Of a stretch of 33,294 nt of DNA, positions 1-8,091 are shown piece by piece (position 1 is the stretch's first letter; each line of letters begins with the position of its first letter). The DNA comes from Candidatus Jordarchaeia archaeon (GTDB lineage: Archaea; Asgardarchaeota; Jordiarchaeia; Jordiarchaeales; Freyrarchaeaceae). The stretch spans positions 1 to 33,294 of the forward strand of contig JAHAWR010000004.1 of the NCBI GenBank assembly GCA_018383835.1. The letters are read 5' to 3'. The position numbers and the translations under genes were made by a program. A model generated the notes under the pieces. It did not search any database and had not been told where the DNA came from. It saw nothing but the letters and a program-made list of their open reading frames with translations.

Positions 1-218
1 TCTTCGAAGACTTGTCCTCTCTGCTCTGGCTGCATGGTAGCCTATGAGGGAGGTTGATGAAGTGCGAAAACTGTACCTTAGTAATTGATAGGGATGTTGC
101 TGCAGTTTTGAATCTTTGGGTGTGGGGAGCCGGGTTCCCCCCGAAAGCCCTCGACGAGCTCGAGAGGGAAGAGTTAAGTAGGAATGAAAGTAGCAAATAC
201 CTACATATCCCTACTTAG
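1..218 (+). pseudogene. tnpB: 3' fragment of a TnpB/OrfB-like gene (IS200/IS605-IS607 family), cut by the window edge and frameshifted
   Basis: My own translation. Frame 1 reads SSKTCPLCSGCMVAYEGG and then hits TGA at 55-57. Frame 3 continues GRLMKCENCTLVIDRDVAAVLNLWVWG...YLHIPT with a stop at 216-218. CxxC...CxxC followed by DRDxAAxxN is the C-terminal zinc-ribbon/RuvC-III signature of TnpB/OrfB, and its two halves sit in different frames. Confidence 0.55.
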
Positions 219-315
219 CTCAGAACCCATCACGTATACACATATTTCTTAACCGATTTGTTCCCGAAAAGCCGGTGGGCAGAAGAAAAGAAGAGGGGTT
301 GTTGTTATTGAGCGG

Positions 316-717
316 TTAGAACTTCCATGAGGCAACCTTTTCCGGTTTGAGCTTTACGATTATTCTCGGGAGGTTTCGCAGCACCTTTGCCGCAGGATGG
401 TCAGCGCTGCCCAAGTACTTTTCCGATATTTTGTCGAAGAGCTTTAGGTCTTCTATGACTTCCGCCCTGCCGCTCATCATGATGCCCGCTGTCCCGTCCT
501 TGCCTACTTCGTCGATCACAACGGACACGTAGGGCCTCTTCATTATGTTTCTCGCCTTAATCGTTTTCTTCTGCACGGAGAAGTAGATGTAGCCATCCTC
601 ATAGAGAAACCAGACGGGGGTAACGTGCGGCATACAGTTTTCGTTCACGGTGGCAACCCTCGCCAAGATAGGTTTCCTCAGCAACTTCTCGGCCCAAGCC
701 TCCAAACGCTTACTCAT
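316..717 (-). CDS. Pyridoxamine 5'-phosphate oxidase-like FMN/F420-binding split-barrel protein
   Basis: The track ORF is 316..780. I trimmed it to the ATG at 715-717 (MSKRLEAWAEKLL...) because GGAGGA lies about 8 nt upstream. The motif ILARVATVNENCMPHVTPVWFLYEDGYIYF is the typical N-terminal PPOX-family pattern. Confidence 0.75.
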   Translation of the reverse strand: MSKRLEAWAEKLLRKPILARVATVNENCMPHVTPVWFLYEDGYIYFSVQKKTIKARNIMKRPYVSVVIDEVGKDGTAGIMMSGRAEVIEDLKLFDKISEKYLGSADHPAAKVLRNLPRIIVKLKPEKVASWKF

Positions 718-863
718 GGAGATATCCTCCAACATTCTTAACCGGGGACAATGAAAAAGTTCCTTGGGAGAGAGGGGCACACTGTGGAATCTTGAAGCAA
801 CACAGGGCGTTGCAATTTAACTTGCGCTTTGAGTGTTCTCCCTCAGCGTGAACCTTGACGAAG

Positions 864-2063
864 TTAGGGGGGCATTCCCCTCTCAAGATATTTTGCGAGG
901 GCTTGTGCGGCGCACTCGCGCACCCACTTACTTTCGTCGTGTAGAAGTCCTGCAAGCTTTCTGGGGGCCTCCGGGCTCGTGGCTCCTTTTTCGGCGTAGC
1001 TTGCAAGAGTGAGCGCTGCGTATCCCCGTGCCAGTTCATCTTCGCTGCCCAGCAGCTCCACAAGCTTACCTAGTGCCTCTAAGTTGGTGATTCCCTTTTC
1101 GGCGTACGTTGCGAGGGCGAACATGGCATTGTTTCGCGTGTACTCATCATCCAACAGACTTGTCAGTTTCTCTGCGGCAACGGGGTCGGTAAAGTCTTTT
1201 TCAGCGTAGCTCGCTATAGCAAGCGCCGCGTACCCCTTCACCACGCTGTAGGCGTCGCCGAGTAACTCCACGAGTTTTTTCAGCGCATCCACATTCACCA
1301 GCCCTCTTGAGGCGTAGCTCGTCAGGGCGAGAGCCGCGCAGCTACGCGCCTCCACCTCATCGTCGCTCAGCAGCCTTGCTAGCTTGCCTGGAACATTGGG
1401 GTCGGTAAGTCCTCTTTCAGCGTACATTGCCAGGGCGAAGGCGGCATACCCGCGTACAACTTCGTCTTCGTCGTCGAGCAGCTTTACCAGTCCTTTCAGT
1501 GCGCTTAAACAAGTGACGTTGCCCTCGGCATATTTTTCGAGGGCGAGCGCCACGCATCTTCGAACCCACTCGTTCTCATCCTTTAAAAGTTCAGCGAGCT
1601 TTTCAGGGGCTTTGGGGTCTTTGATGTTTCTTGCGGCGTAGCTGACGAGGGCGAGCGCCGCGTTCCCGCGTACCGTTGCATCCTCATCATCCAGCAGAGG
1701 CATGAGTTTCTTCGACACGCTAGGGTCAATTACGTTGTTGTCAGCGTAGCTCGCGAGGGCAAGTGGAACGTGCCTGCGCGCCTCAACGTTTTCGTCGTTC
1801 AGCATCCCTACAAGCTTCCCTAAAGCGCCTGGTTCTACTATGCCGTTTGCGGCGTAAAGGGCGACGGCAAGCGCCGCGCCACCCCTCACACCCCCATTCT
1901 CGTCGCTCAGTAACTCAACGAGTTTGCCCAAAACCTCAGGAATCAATAAGCCAGCCTTAGCGTACTCCGCAAGCATGTAGACGGCTTCCATCCTTATCTC
2001 AGCACTGGCATCGGACAGTTCATCCACGACAGACCTAAAATCGCACATTATCCCGCCAACCAT
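864..2063 (-). CDS. HEAT/ARM-like alpha-solenoid repeat protein (11 tandem repeats of about 36 aa)
   Basis: The 399-aa ORF parses by hand into 11 consecutive units with consensus KLVELLxDEDexVRgxAAxALAsYAekG. This matches the PBS-lyase/HEAT-like repeat signature (LLxDxdxxVRxxAAxAL). Confidence 0.8.
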   Translation of the reverse strand: MVGGIMCDFRSVVDELSDASAEIRMEAVYMLAEYAKAGLLIPEVLGKLVELLSDENGGVRGGAALAVALYAANGIVEPGALGKLVGMLNDENVEARRHVPLALASYADNNVIDPSVSKKLMPLLDDEDATVRGNAALALVSYAARNIKDPKAPEKLAELLKDENEWVRRCVALALEKYAEGNVTCLSALKGLVKLLDDEDEVVRGYAAFALAMYAERGLTDPNVPGKLARLLSDDEVEARSCAALALTSYASRGLVNVDALKKLVELLGDAYSVVKGYAALAIASYAEKDFTDPVAAEKLTSLLDDEYTRNNAMFALATYAEKGITNLEALGKLVELLGSEDELARGYAALTLASYAEKGATSPEAPRKLAGLLHDESKWVRECAAQALAKYLERGMPP

Positions 2064-2245
2064 TCATTAACAGAAAACATGATTCAACACACTTCCTAAT
2101 ATACTTGCCCAACCAAAGACAAAAACGGCGACAAAAACGTGATATCAAGGGGGGCAAACACTACGCTTCGTAGAGCCCAATTATAGAGGCCAAACAAAGA
2201 TACTGATCCATGAATGGGTCATCGTGGAGGACGCATCCTGCATAG

Positions 2246-2263
2246 TTTTTTGGCTCCAAAAAA
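2246..2263 (-). terminator. Palindromic T6GG-CT-CCA6 element, a candidate terminator downstream of the tautomerase gene
   Basis: TTTTTTGGCTCCAAAAAA is a perfect inverted repeat. It reads as an oligo-T run on either strand and lies about 90 nt after the stop of the minus-strand gene 2355..2558. Confidence 0.35.
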
Positions 2264-2354
2264 TTAGTGGAGTGGGAGGAGGTTAAGTGCTGGTGGTGGG
2301 AAGCTGCGCTGACCGGCTTCTATAAGCGTGGCTTTTTGTTTCTTTGAAAATTTC

Positions 2355-2558
2355 TTATGGAGGCTTAACTTCTTTTAGTTTCTCACTTGCTGGCTCGCCG
2401 CCGACACCCCAATTTTCCTTTGGAACCTCGTGAATTACAACTTCAACAGCCTCAGCCGGCACTCCCATCCTTGAGAAAACTTCGGTTATGCCCTTTATGA
2501 CTTTACGCTTAGCGTCACTTGAAAACCCAGTCCAAACATACACGTGAACGATCGGCAT
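2355..2558 (-). CDS. 4-oxalocrotonate tautomerase family protein
   Basis: The product is 67 aa with an N-terminal Met-Pro-Ile-Val (catalytic Pro1). The pattern PIVHVYVWxGxSxxxKRKVIKGITEVFxxxGVPAEAVEVVIHEVPKENWGVGG fits the family in length and layout. Confidence 0.8.
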   Translation of the reverse strand: MPIVHVYVWTGFSSDAKRKVIKGITEVFSRMGVPAEAVEVVIHEVPKENWGVGGEPASEKLKEVKPP

Positions 2559-3100
2559 AGGTAAAGTTTAGTCCGCTCTACCTAAAAAGCATTGCGTCGA
2601 TGAAGAGCAGCCGGTTAAAATCAAAAGTCTCCGCCAGGAATACTACCAAAGACGTGAAGCCCTGCGAAAAGAGGCGAGCTAAAGAAGGCCCATCCCGTTG
2701 TTTACAGCATTAACTACACTTTCGAAGGCCACTACTACGCCTAGTGTGTTTTCCGTTGCTTTTTTTACGTCAGCATGCGCTGTAACGTATAAGTGGCCAT
2801 GAGAGCAAAAAGCCCTTCAGTAAGTCGTTCTCACAGTTGCAAAGAAACGGTCACTTACTTTATTTCCTAGCTACCTGAAAGATGCTTTGGGAACGTTGCA
2901 CTGGTGAGGATATGCGTGTTAAGCTACGTTGGGGAGGCGTGTCAAAGGCCTAGTGCCCCTTTCTTATTCTAGAGGCACATGAAGAACTTTTTAGAGATGG
3001 GAGCCCTGTTGGAGATGTGGGCTGTAGGAGTCAACGTTCATTTCGAGGGGCTAAACCTTCACAGATACATAAATTTGTTATTTGTTAATAGGTGGCGTTA

Positions 3101-3613
3101 ATGTGGATTCCTAGGTGGCTTGGAGAAGCATTCTAAACTGTACGTGACGTTTGGGATGGAGACATTCACTTTCAGGGAGGAAGCGGGAGTTCTCGGTGTT
3201 CCTAGGGGAGGGTAATTTGATAGTGAGCAAGCTTTATTCTTGTTGGGCCTTAATGGTCCTGTGGGTAGAATTTACAGACTGCTTGACCCCCCTGAAAACT
3301 TCGTTTTGCTAATGCCAGATGCGGTAAGGATGCTTGAATTGAGGCAGGAGGTATATTTAAGATGTTTTCAGGGAGATTTCGAGGCGTTATAGGCTTGTTT
3401 CTTTCGCCATCTACTCTGTTAGGGGTGACGCCAAACCGACGAGCGACGTTGACATTCTACTCGTGTCGAACGAGTTTAAAGGGGGGGTCGCTGCGCATTG
3501 AAGAAGCTAATGTTGAAGAGGTTGAAGGGGTGAAAAAGGAGCGGTTCTGGCTCATAAAGCACACTTTAGTTGCCGCAGAAGGATCATTAGACCTTCAGGT
3601 GTGGGGCAAGTAA
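3101..3613 (+). pseudogene. Degraded wHTH plus nucleotidyltransferase (MNT-like) gene
   Basis: My own translation. MWIPRWLGEAF ends at a TAA (3134-3136). A shifted frame then reads KLYVTFGMETFTFREEAGVLGVPRGG, an in-frame TAA, then ...GRIYRLLDPPENF. A third frame reads AIYSVRGDAKPTSDVDILLVSNEFKGG, a degenerate form of the polymerase-beta-type NTase motif GSxaRGxxxxxSDiDllvv. A fourth frame (track ORF 3362..3613) carries the tail. The last shift coincides with a G7 run at about 3481-3487. Confidence 0.5.
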
Positions 3614-3758
3614 AAATGGCAATGCGCAGACTTAGTTGCAGGGAGAGAAGAAAAAAGGGAGATGATCTCCCGATATTCATGGGGCATGAAGCCTAAAGGA
3701 AGAAGCAACCCGTTCCGAGAAGGGTGCCTTATCTTTCTCATGCACCTATTTCCTTCAA

Positions 3759-4178
3759 CTATTCTTCGTCTTCTTCACTCCACTCGTCCTCTTCCACCCG
3801 TTCATCCTCCAGCTCGTCTTCACTCCATTCTTCTTCGTCCTCTTCCTCACTTTCCTCGTAGGCGAAGCATAATGCGCAGTAGATGGGGTGCGGGTCTATG
3901 TACCATCCGTCTCCCTTCTTGACGGACACGAGGATGAAGGGCTCGCTACTTGGCTCGTCTTTCCAGCACCAACAATTGCATACGTCGCCACGATAAAAGG
4001 TGCACGTATTCTTCTTCTCTTTTCCATGGTTTTCCGCGGCCGATATCAAGATAGGCAGTTTGCCGAAGGACTCTGCAAGTTCCTGAAACATCGCACCCAT
4101 TACACTGTCGAAAAGGCTCTTCATTAAGTCATCAAAACCCGGTTCTTTATCGCTGGACAAAAGTGACACCATCCTCAC
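3759..4178 (-). CDS. Hypothetical Cys-rich protein with an extremely acidic Trp-containing C-terminal tail
   Basis: 139-aa ORF with a GTG at 4178 or an ATG at 4172. A TATA-like TTTAAATA on the minus strand lies about 31 nt upstream. The last 40 or so residues are almost entirely D/E and contain two EWSE(E)DE motifs. I recognise no family. Confidence 0.5.
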   Translation of the reverse strand: MRMVSLLSSDKEPGFDDLMKSLFDSVMGAMFQELAESFGKLPILISAAENHGKEKKNTCTFYRGDVCNCWCWKDEPSSEPFILVSVKKGDGWYIDPHPIYCALCFAYEESEEEDEEEWSEDELEDERVEEDEWSEEDEE

Positions 4179-4208
4179 TATGAGTGCAATTGCGAGTGGA
4201 AAGACACA

Positions 4209-4216
4209 TATTTAAA
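4209..4216 (-). promoter_or_regulatory. TATA-like box for the acidic-tail gene
   Basis: The minus strand reads TTTAAATA about 31 nt upstream of the GTG at 4178, which is the spacing expected for an archaeal leaderless or short-leader promoter. Confidence 0.35.
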
Positions 4217-4390
4217 CTTTCGCTAAAAAACCCGCCGACACACAACGTGAAACGGCGACCACAGTTTTTAGGGAAGTAATGCTCGAGGAATACTTGAACA
4301 ATGCTATCTAGCGAATGTGACATCTAAAAGGAGTCATGAATTAGTCTATAGGAAGCTGAGGATTAAGTATCCTACTCTCTTACACTACAT

Positions 4391-5696
4391 CTACACAGCC
4401 GTAACACAGGGTTCCAGACTAAGTATGGATAGGTATTGATCCATGCTTAGTCCTTGGGGTTCACAAGCTTTTAAGCTCCTCATGGGTTCATTGGAGCCTG
4501 CATCAGCCTCTCCCCCCGTCAGGGTGAACCCCCTCCACCTCTTCACAAGCTCAACGAATAGCTTCGGAGATGGAGAAAGACCCTCCACCTGAAGGTATAG
4601 GTTCATGCATGCGTTAAGCTGCCTATCTATTTTTAACCCACAGCTCTTGCACTTGTAGAGTGCTCCTTTCGGGGCATTAACCATCCCACACCTGGAGCAC
4701 GTCTTAGTAGAGTTGTGAGGGTTTAGAAGCCGGACTCTAGACTTGTAGCTCATCAAACTGATTATAGTTCTCCAATTGCTTTTTGCGATGTTTCTGTTGT
4801 GGGTTCTTGACTTTTTGAGCATTTTTTCCTTGTTGAGGTCTTCGAAGCCGTGAACGTAACCTTTGAACGTCTCAGCGATCACTCTCGTTACTTTGTGAAT
4901 GAAGTCCCTTGCCCTATTCCTTTCTCTGTTCGAGTATTTCTCCAGAACTCTCCTCAAGGACGGCTTCCTCGAAGCCTTACTCTGCAGTCTCCGCCTCTTC
5001 AACTCATAAACCCTATGTATGTGGAAGAGCCTTCTAAGATCGACTCTTATCCATCCTATTTCTGGGTTGAAGCCATCTAAACTCTTCTCATTGCAGTCCC
5101 ATGCAATCATCCCTTTTAGTTTTTCAGCTCTTTGCTTGAACCTAAAAATAATAATCAGAAACTTCTCGTTGAGGATTAGTTCCCCCATCTCCCCCTTAGC
5201 CCTACTCCAGAACCAAGCGTTCTGGACATCGAAAACCAAGTGCTCTCCGTATGGTTTAATGCTTATCTTGATCTTACTGTCCCTGTAGGAGTACAGCGTC
5301 TCCTTCACTCTAACAAACTTCTTCTTAACAACTGGCTTCGCTCTCGCCCTTCTTCCCTTCAAGTAGTTCCTCCTCCAAGACTTCAGAATTGAGTATGCTT
5401 GCTTGATTGCGGAGTCAACGTAGTGAGCGCAGAAAACCCAGTCTCCAAGTAAAGAGTTTCTTAGGTTGCGCTTGAACTCGCTGCTCTTCGGAATTATCGG
5501 AATCAACCTTCTCCTCTTGGTGACCTTCTCTTTCCAAGTTATGTTTTTTCAGGTCTCGTCGATTGCTCTTTGTAATAGCCACCTGTAAGCCTTTAAGAAT
5601 CCTTTAACGTCGTAGTTGTGCTTTATTTTGTAGGATCTAACTTGGTATGAGCACTCTGACACAGCTAACGACCTCTTTATATCTATGGCTCCTCAT
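4391..5696 (-). pseudogene. tnpB: TnpB/OrfB-like RNA-guided-nuclease homolog, disrupted
   Basis: The track ORF 4391..5506 starts at a TTG. The same frame continues upstream as GAIDIKRSLAVSECSYQVRSYKIKHNYDVKGFLKAYRWLLQRAIDET, then TGA at 5549-5551, then KNITWKEKVTKRRRLIPIIP. The ATG at 5694-5696 is one nt out of frame. RuvC-I-like IAWDCNEKSL and RuvC-II-like FEDLNK are present. The zinc ribbon CSRCG...CKSCG is followed by IDRQLNACMNL where family members, including the fragment at 1-218, have DRDxxA. Confidence 0.7.
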
Positions 5697-5854
5697 TCCG
5701 TAGAGCTTCAGCAAAGGAGAATAGTTATCAGATCGTCGGCAAGCTCCCCCAATAGTTCTAATACTTCCTTTGTCTATTTCATTGTTGGATTGTCTATGTG
5801 GTGGCTTCAAGGGAGCTTCTTGGCTTCTTTAAGCGTGTAGAGTTTTTCATTCAT
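5697..5854 (-). pseudogene. Remnant of a MerR/excisionase-type HTH (N-terminus of an IS607 TnpA-like serine recombinase?)
   Basis: My own translation from the ATG at 5852-5854 reads MNEKLYTLKEAKKLP and then a stop. A shifted frame reads LKPPHRQSNNEIDKGSIRTIGG.... This resembles the xKLYTxxEAAKLLGVSxxTxxxWxxxGKIxxxRTxGG start of IS607 TnpA and excisionase HTH domains. No catalytic recombinase domain follows. Confidence 0.3.
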
Positions 5855-6091
5855 CAATAACTTATCTATACTTACAACTATATAAATCTTTTTACTTGGA
5901 AGCTGTTAGATACGGCTTTAGTAGTATTCAAGTTTCAAGTCTTATAGGAGGTTGTCTAGAAGGGGGGACTGGTTCTCCGAGTATTGAGGGTTTGAATGGC
6001 TCCTTTTTGATGACACGCACCTGTTCTGGTTTAACTGGGGGATGATGGTGGTAAAGGTTTAATAGAGGCTAGCTCCACCTATTGTGGGGGG

Positions 6092-6361
6092 ATGCTGGTG
6101 AGTAGGCTTGTTCTTGGCCGCATTTTGAGGACCTTGGCTGTTAGCGTTTCCTCTGCCGAGATGGATAAGCTTCTTGATGCTCTGAGGAGGTGTTTTGGCC
6201 TGGAGGGGGGATACGAGTGCGACGCGCTCGAAAGGTTGTGGATGGACGAGTATTACAGGAAAGCTATAGAGGGGTTTATCATGGAGTGGGTTAAGAGAAA
6301 GAGGAGGCGGGCGTCTGATGAAAGAGGGGGGCGGTTAGAGGAAGCAGCCTACGTGACTTGA
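6092..6361 (+). CDS. Hypothetical protein
   Basis: 89-aa ORF; an alternative ATG gives MDKLLDALRR.... I recognise no motif, and it sits inside the pseudogene-rich island. Confidence 0.3.
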   Translation: MLVSRLVLGRILRTLAVSVSSAEMDKLLDALRRCFGLEGGYECDALERLWMDEYYRKAIEGFIMEWVKRKRRRASDERGGRLEEAAYVT

Positions 6362-6434
6362 GGCTGGTTCTTCGCAAAACTCCCTTTTTCACGTTTTCAG
6401 AGTGAATTTAGTTTGCATGTAGTTTGGCGCCGGA

Positions 6435-7192
6435 ATGGTGAACAAAAGATATTATACTTGGGAGCAGCACAATCCAGTTTATGGTCTCGAGAAGGATAAT
6501 AATAAGATGAAGGACTTTGATGATATCAGTGAGGATTTGTTTGGTGGGGACGTTGAAAGGTGGAGTCAGGTTGCTCTGAAGCCCACTGAGGTGGCTGAGG
6601 GTGGCTTCACTAGTGGTGAGGCCTTGCGGAGGCTAATAATGCTACTTGATGATGGAAACAGAATGATACATGTGAGCGCAGTTTACGCTGTAGCTAGGTG
6701 CTGAGCGCGGCATGACGGGTGCTGGGGCTTTAGGAAAGCTTACCAGGCTTTTAGAGGATGAGGATGAGAGAGTGTGCGACGCCGCATACGCTTTGGATGT
6801 TTACGCTGAGGAGGGGTTCATATTCTGAGGCGGTTAAGAAGCTTGTCGAGCTTTTAGATGAGGAAGAAGAGGAAGTGCGGAGAAGCACCGCGATGGCCCT
6901 CGGCGAGTGCGCTGTGAAATGGTCCACGCATCCGAAAACTTAGAAAGGCTCGTTGAATTGTTGGGGGACTGGAATGTCGAGGTATGGAGAGGGGCCGTAC
7001 GCGGTCGCCAGGTACGCAGAAAAAAAGGACTTAGGCATCCGGACGACGCCCGTAAGGCTTACGAAACTTCTAGACGACGAGGATGAGGGGGTACGCGAGA
7101 TAGCCGAGTACGCCCTCAGCAACTATGAGAAGTATCCCATGGATGCAGCCAAATTCCATGTGAATGACTGGTGGCCGCGGATGGCTTCCTAG
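6435..7192 (+). pseudogene. Frame-disrupted HEAT-repeat paralog
   Basis: Three track ORFs (6435..6704, 6758..6943, 6953..7192), plus a segment I translated in a further frame (AERGMTGAGALGKLTRLLEDEDERVCDAAYALDVYAEEG), all carry the same KLxxLLDDEDExVRxxAxxAL repeat as gene 864..2063. They lie in different frames separated by stops. Confidence 0.65.
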
Positions 7193-8091
7193 GTTTTTGT
7201 CTTGTTTACTAAGACAAAGTAGAGAGCCCCTAGCTCGCCTGTGATTTTAGAGTCGAGGGGGACTGGCTGGAACTCCTGAGTGTAGATTGCCTTTATTGTG
7301 AATCCACCCTCCTCAACCAGTCTTTTCAGGTCATCGTAGTACCATAGTTTGAGGGTGTGCTCCTCCTCGAACTCAAAGACTTTGCCGTTGTCTTGGACCC
7401 TCATTTTGAGGTTGACGCAGCGGAGCTTCTTGTCTGTGTCGTAACGGTAGGGTTTCCATGTTGCCTCTATTCTGACGCCGCCCTGCTCCGCAACCCACGT
7501 TTCGTCCGGCTTCTTTTCCCCCTCAACGTTCTGGCAGGCGCATGAGAGCTCAACAATGTAAAGTCCTCCTTCAACAAGACATTCGGACATGCACTTGAAG
7601 TGGCTTAATACTTTGTCGTCCGTCTGCAGGTATCCGAGGCTGTTTATGGCTATTATGGCTGCGTCGAACTTCTCGCCGAACCTTATGTCCGCCATGTCAC
7701 CAACAACAGCCTTCGCCATGCCCTGCAGTCCAGCCTCCCTTATTTTCTCGTTGGCGTACTCAACCATCTCGGGGCTGATGTCGTACCCGACTATGTGGTA
7801 CCCGTACCTTGGAAACGCGAGCAGGAAGATGCCGCTCCCGCACGCCGGCTCCAGGATCCTCCTAACCTCGAAGCTGCAATACTTTTTGAAGCAGCTAATA
7901 TAGAAGTTTATTTCCTTTGAGACGTCTCGCGAAAACGCGATGTCGTAGTATTTGGGGAGACAGTAAAGTTTAGGATTCCACCCGCTCAACCCCCCAGCGG
8001 AGCGAGCGCCGGGGCCCCCACCCGTTCCTCCACCGCTGGAAGAACCCTGAGGGGCATAGGGAGGAGGCGATGCGGAGCGAGTCTTCACCAT
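7189..8091 (-). CDS. Class I SAM-dependent methyltransferase (start uncertain)
   Basis: Motif I is ILEPACGSGIFLL, followed by the acidic loop VGYDISPEM and by AIIAINSLGYL. The track ORF extends to 8184. I prefer the ATG at 8091, and a TTG at 7989 is also possible. Between those two starts lies a Gly/Ser/Pro-rich low-complexity stretch. Confidence 0.75.
   Translation of the reverse strand: MVKTRSASPPPYAPQGSSSGGGTGGGPGARSAGGLSGWNPKLYCLPKYYDIAFSRDVSKEINFYISCFKKYCSFEVRRILEPACGSGIFLLAFPRYGYHIVGYDISPEMVEYANEKIREAGLQGMAKAVVGDMADIRFGEKFDAAIIAINSLGYLQTDDKVLSHFKCMSECLVEGGLYIVELSCACQNVEGEKKPDETWVAEQGGVRIEATWKPYRYDTDKKLRCVNLKMRVQDNGKVFEFEEEHTLKLWYYDDLKRLVEEGGFTIKAIYTQEFQPVPLDSKITGELGALYFVLVNKTKT

Larger units (their letters stand above)
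4391..5854 (-). mobile_element. Decayed IS607/IS605-family element (HTH stub plus tnpB); true ends not determined
   Basis: A tnpB-like reading frame lies immediately downstream of a short MerR/excisionase-like HTH remnant. I could not identify terminal structures or target duplications by eye. Confidence 0.5.

Noticed and set aside
710-1063. 117-aa ORF overlapping the 3' end of the HEAT gene and the PPOX start
   Set aside because: It is an out-of-frame overlap with two well-supported genes and has no motif.
3657-3671. 15-bp palindrome GGGAGATGATCTCCC
   Set aside because: It lies between two convergent gene ends, so it is not in a promoter. The 1-nt centre makes an RNA hairpin unlikely. It occurs only once in the window.
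5549-5551. In-frame TGA of tnpB as selenocysteine or programmed read-through
   Set aside because: The gene also has a displaced start and a catalytic-site substitution. The expected residue by family pattern is Trp (TGG), so a simple G-to-A nonsense mutation is the most economical explanation. I saw no SECIS-like element.
6009-6050. TGATGA (6009-6014) and GATGATG (6042-6048) as C/C' boxes of a C/D box sRNA
   Set aside because: No CTGA D/D' boxes lie at the required spacing of about 12 nt, and the second box is not a full TGATGA.
7990-8045. G-rich minus-strand tract (GGTGGAGGAACGGGTGGGGGCCCC...GGGGGGTTGAGCGGGTGG) as a G-quadruplex
   Set aside because: The G-runs are separated by a 19-nt loop, so the canonical G3+N1-7 pattern is not met. 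The tract is more simply the coding sequence or leader for the Gly-rich N-terminal stretch of the methyltransferase.
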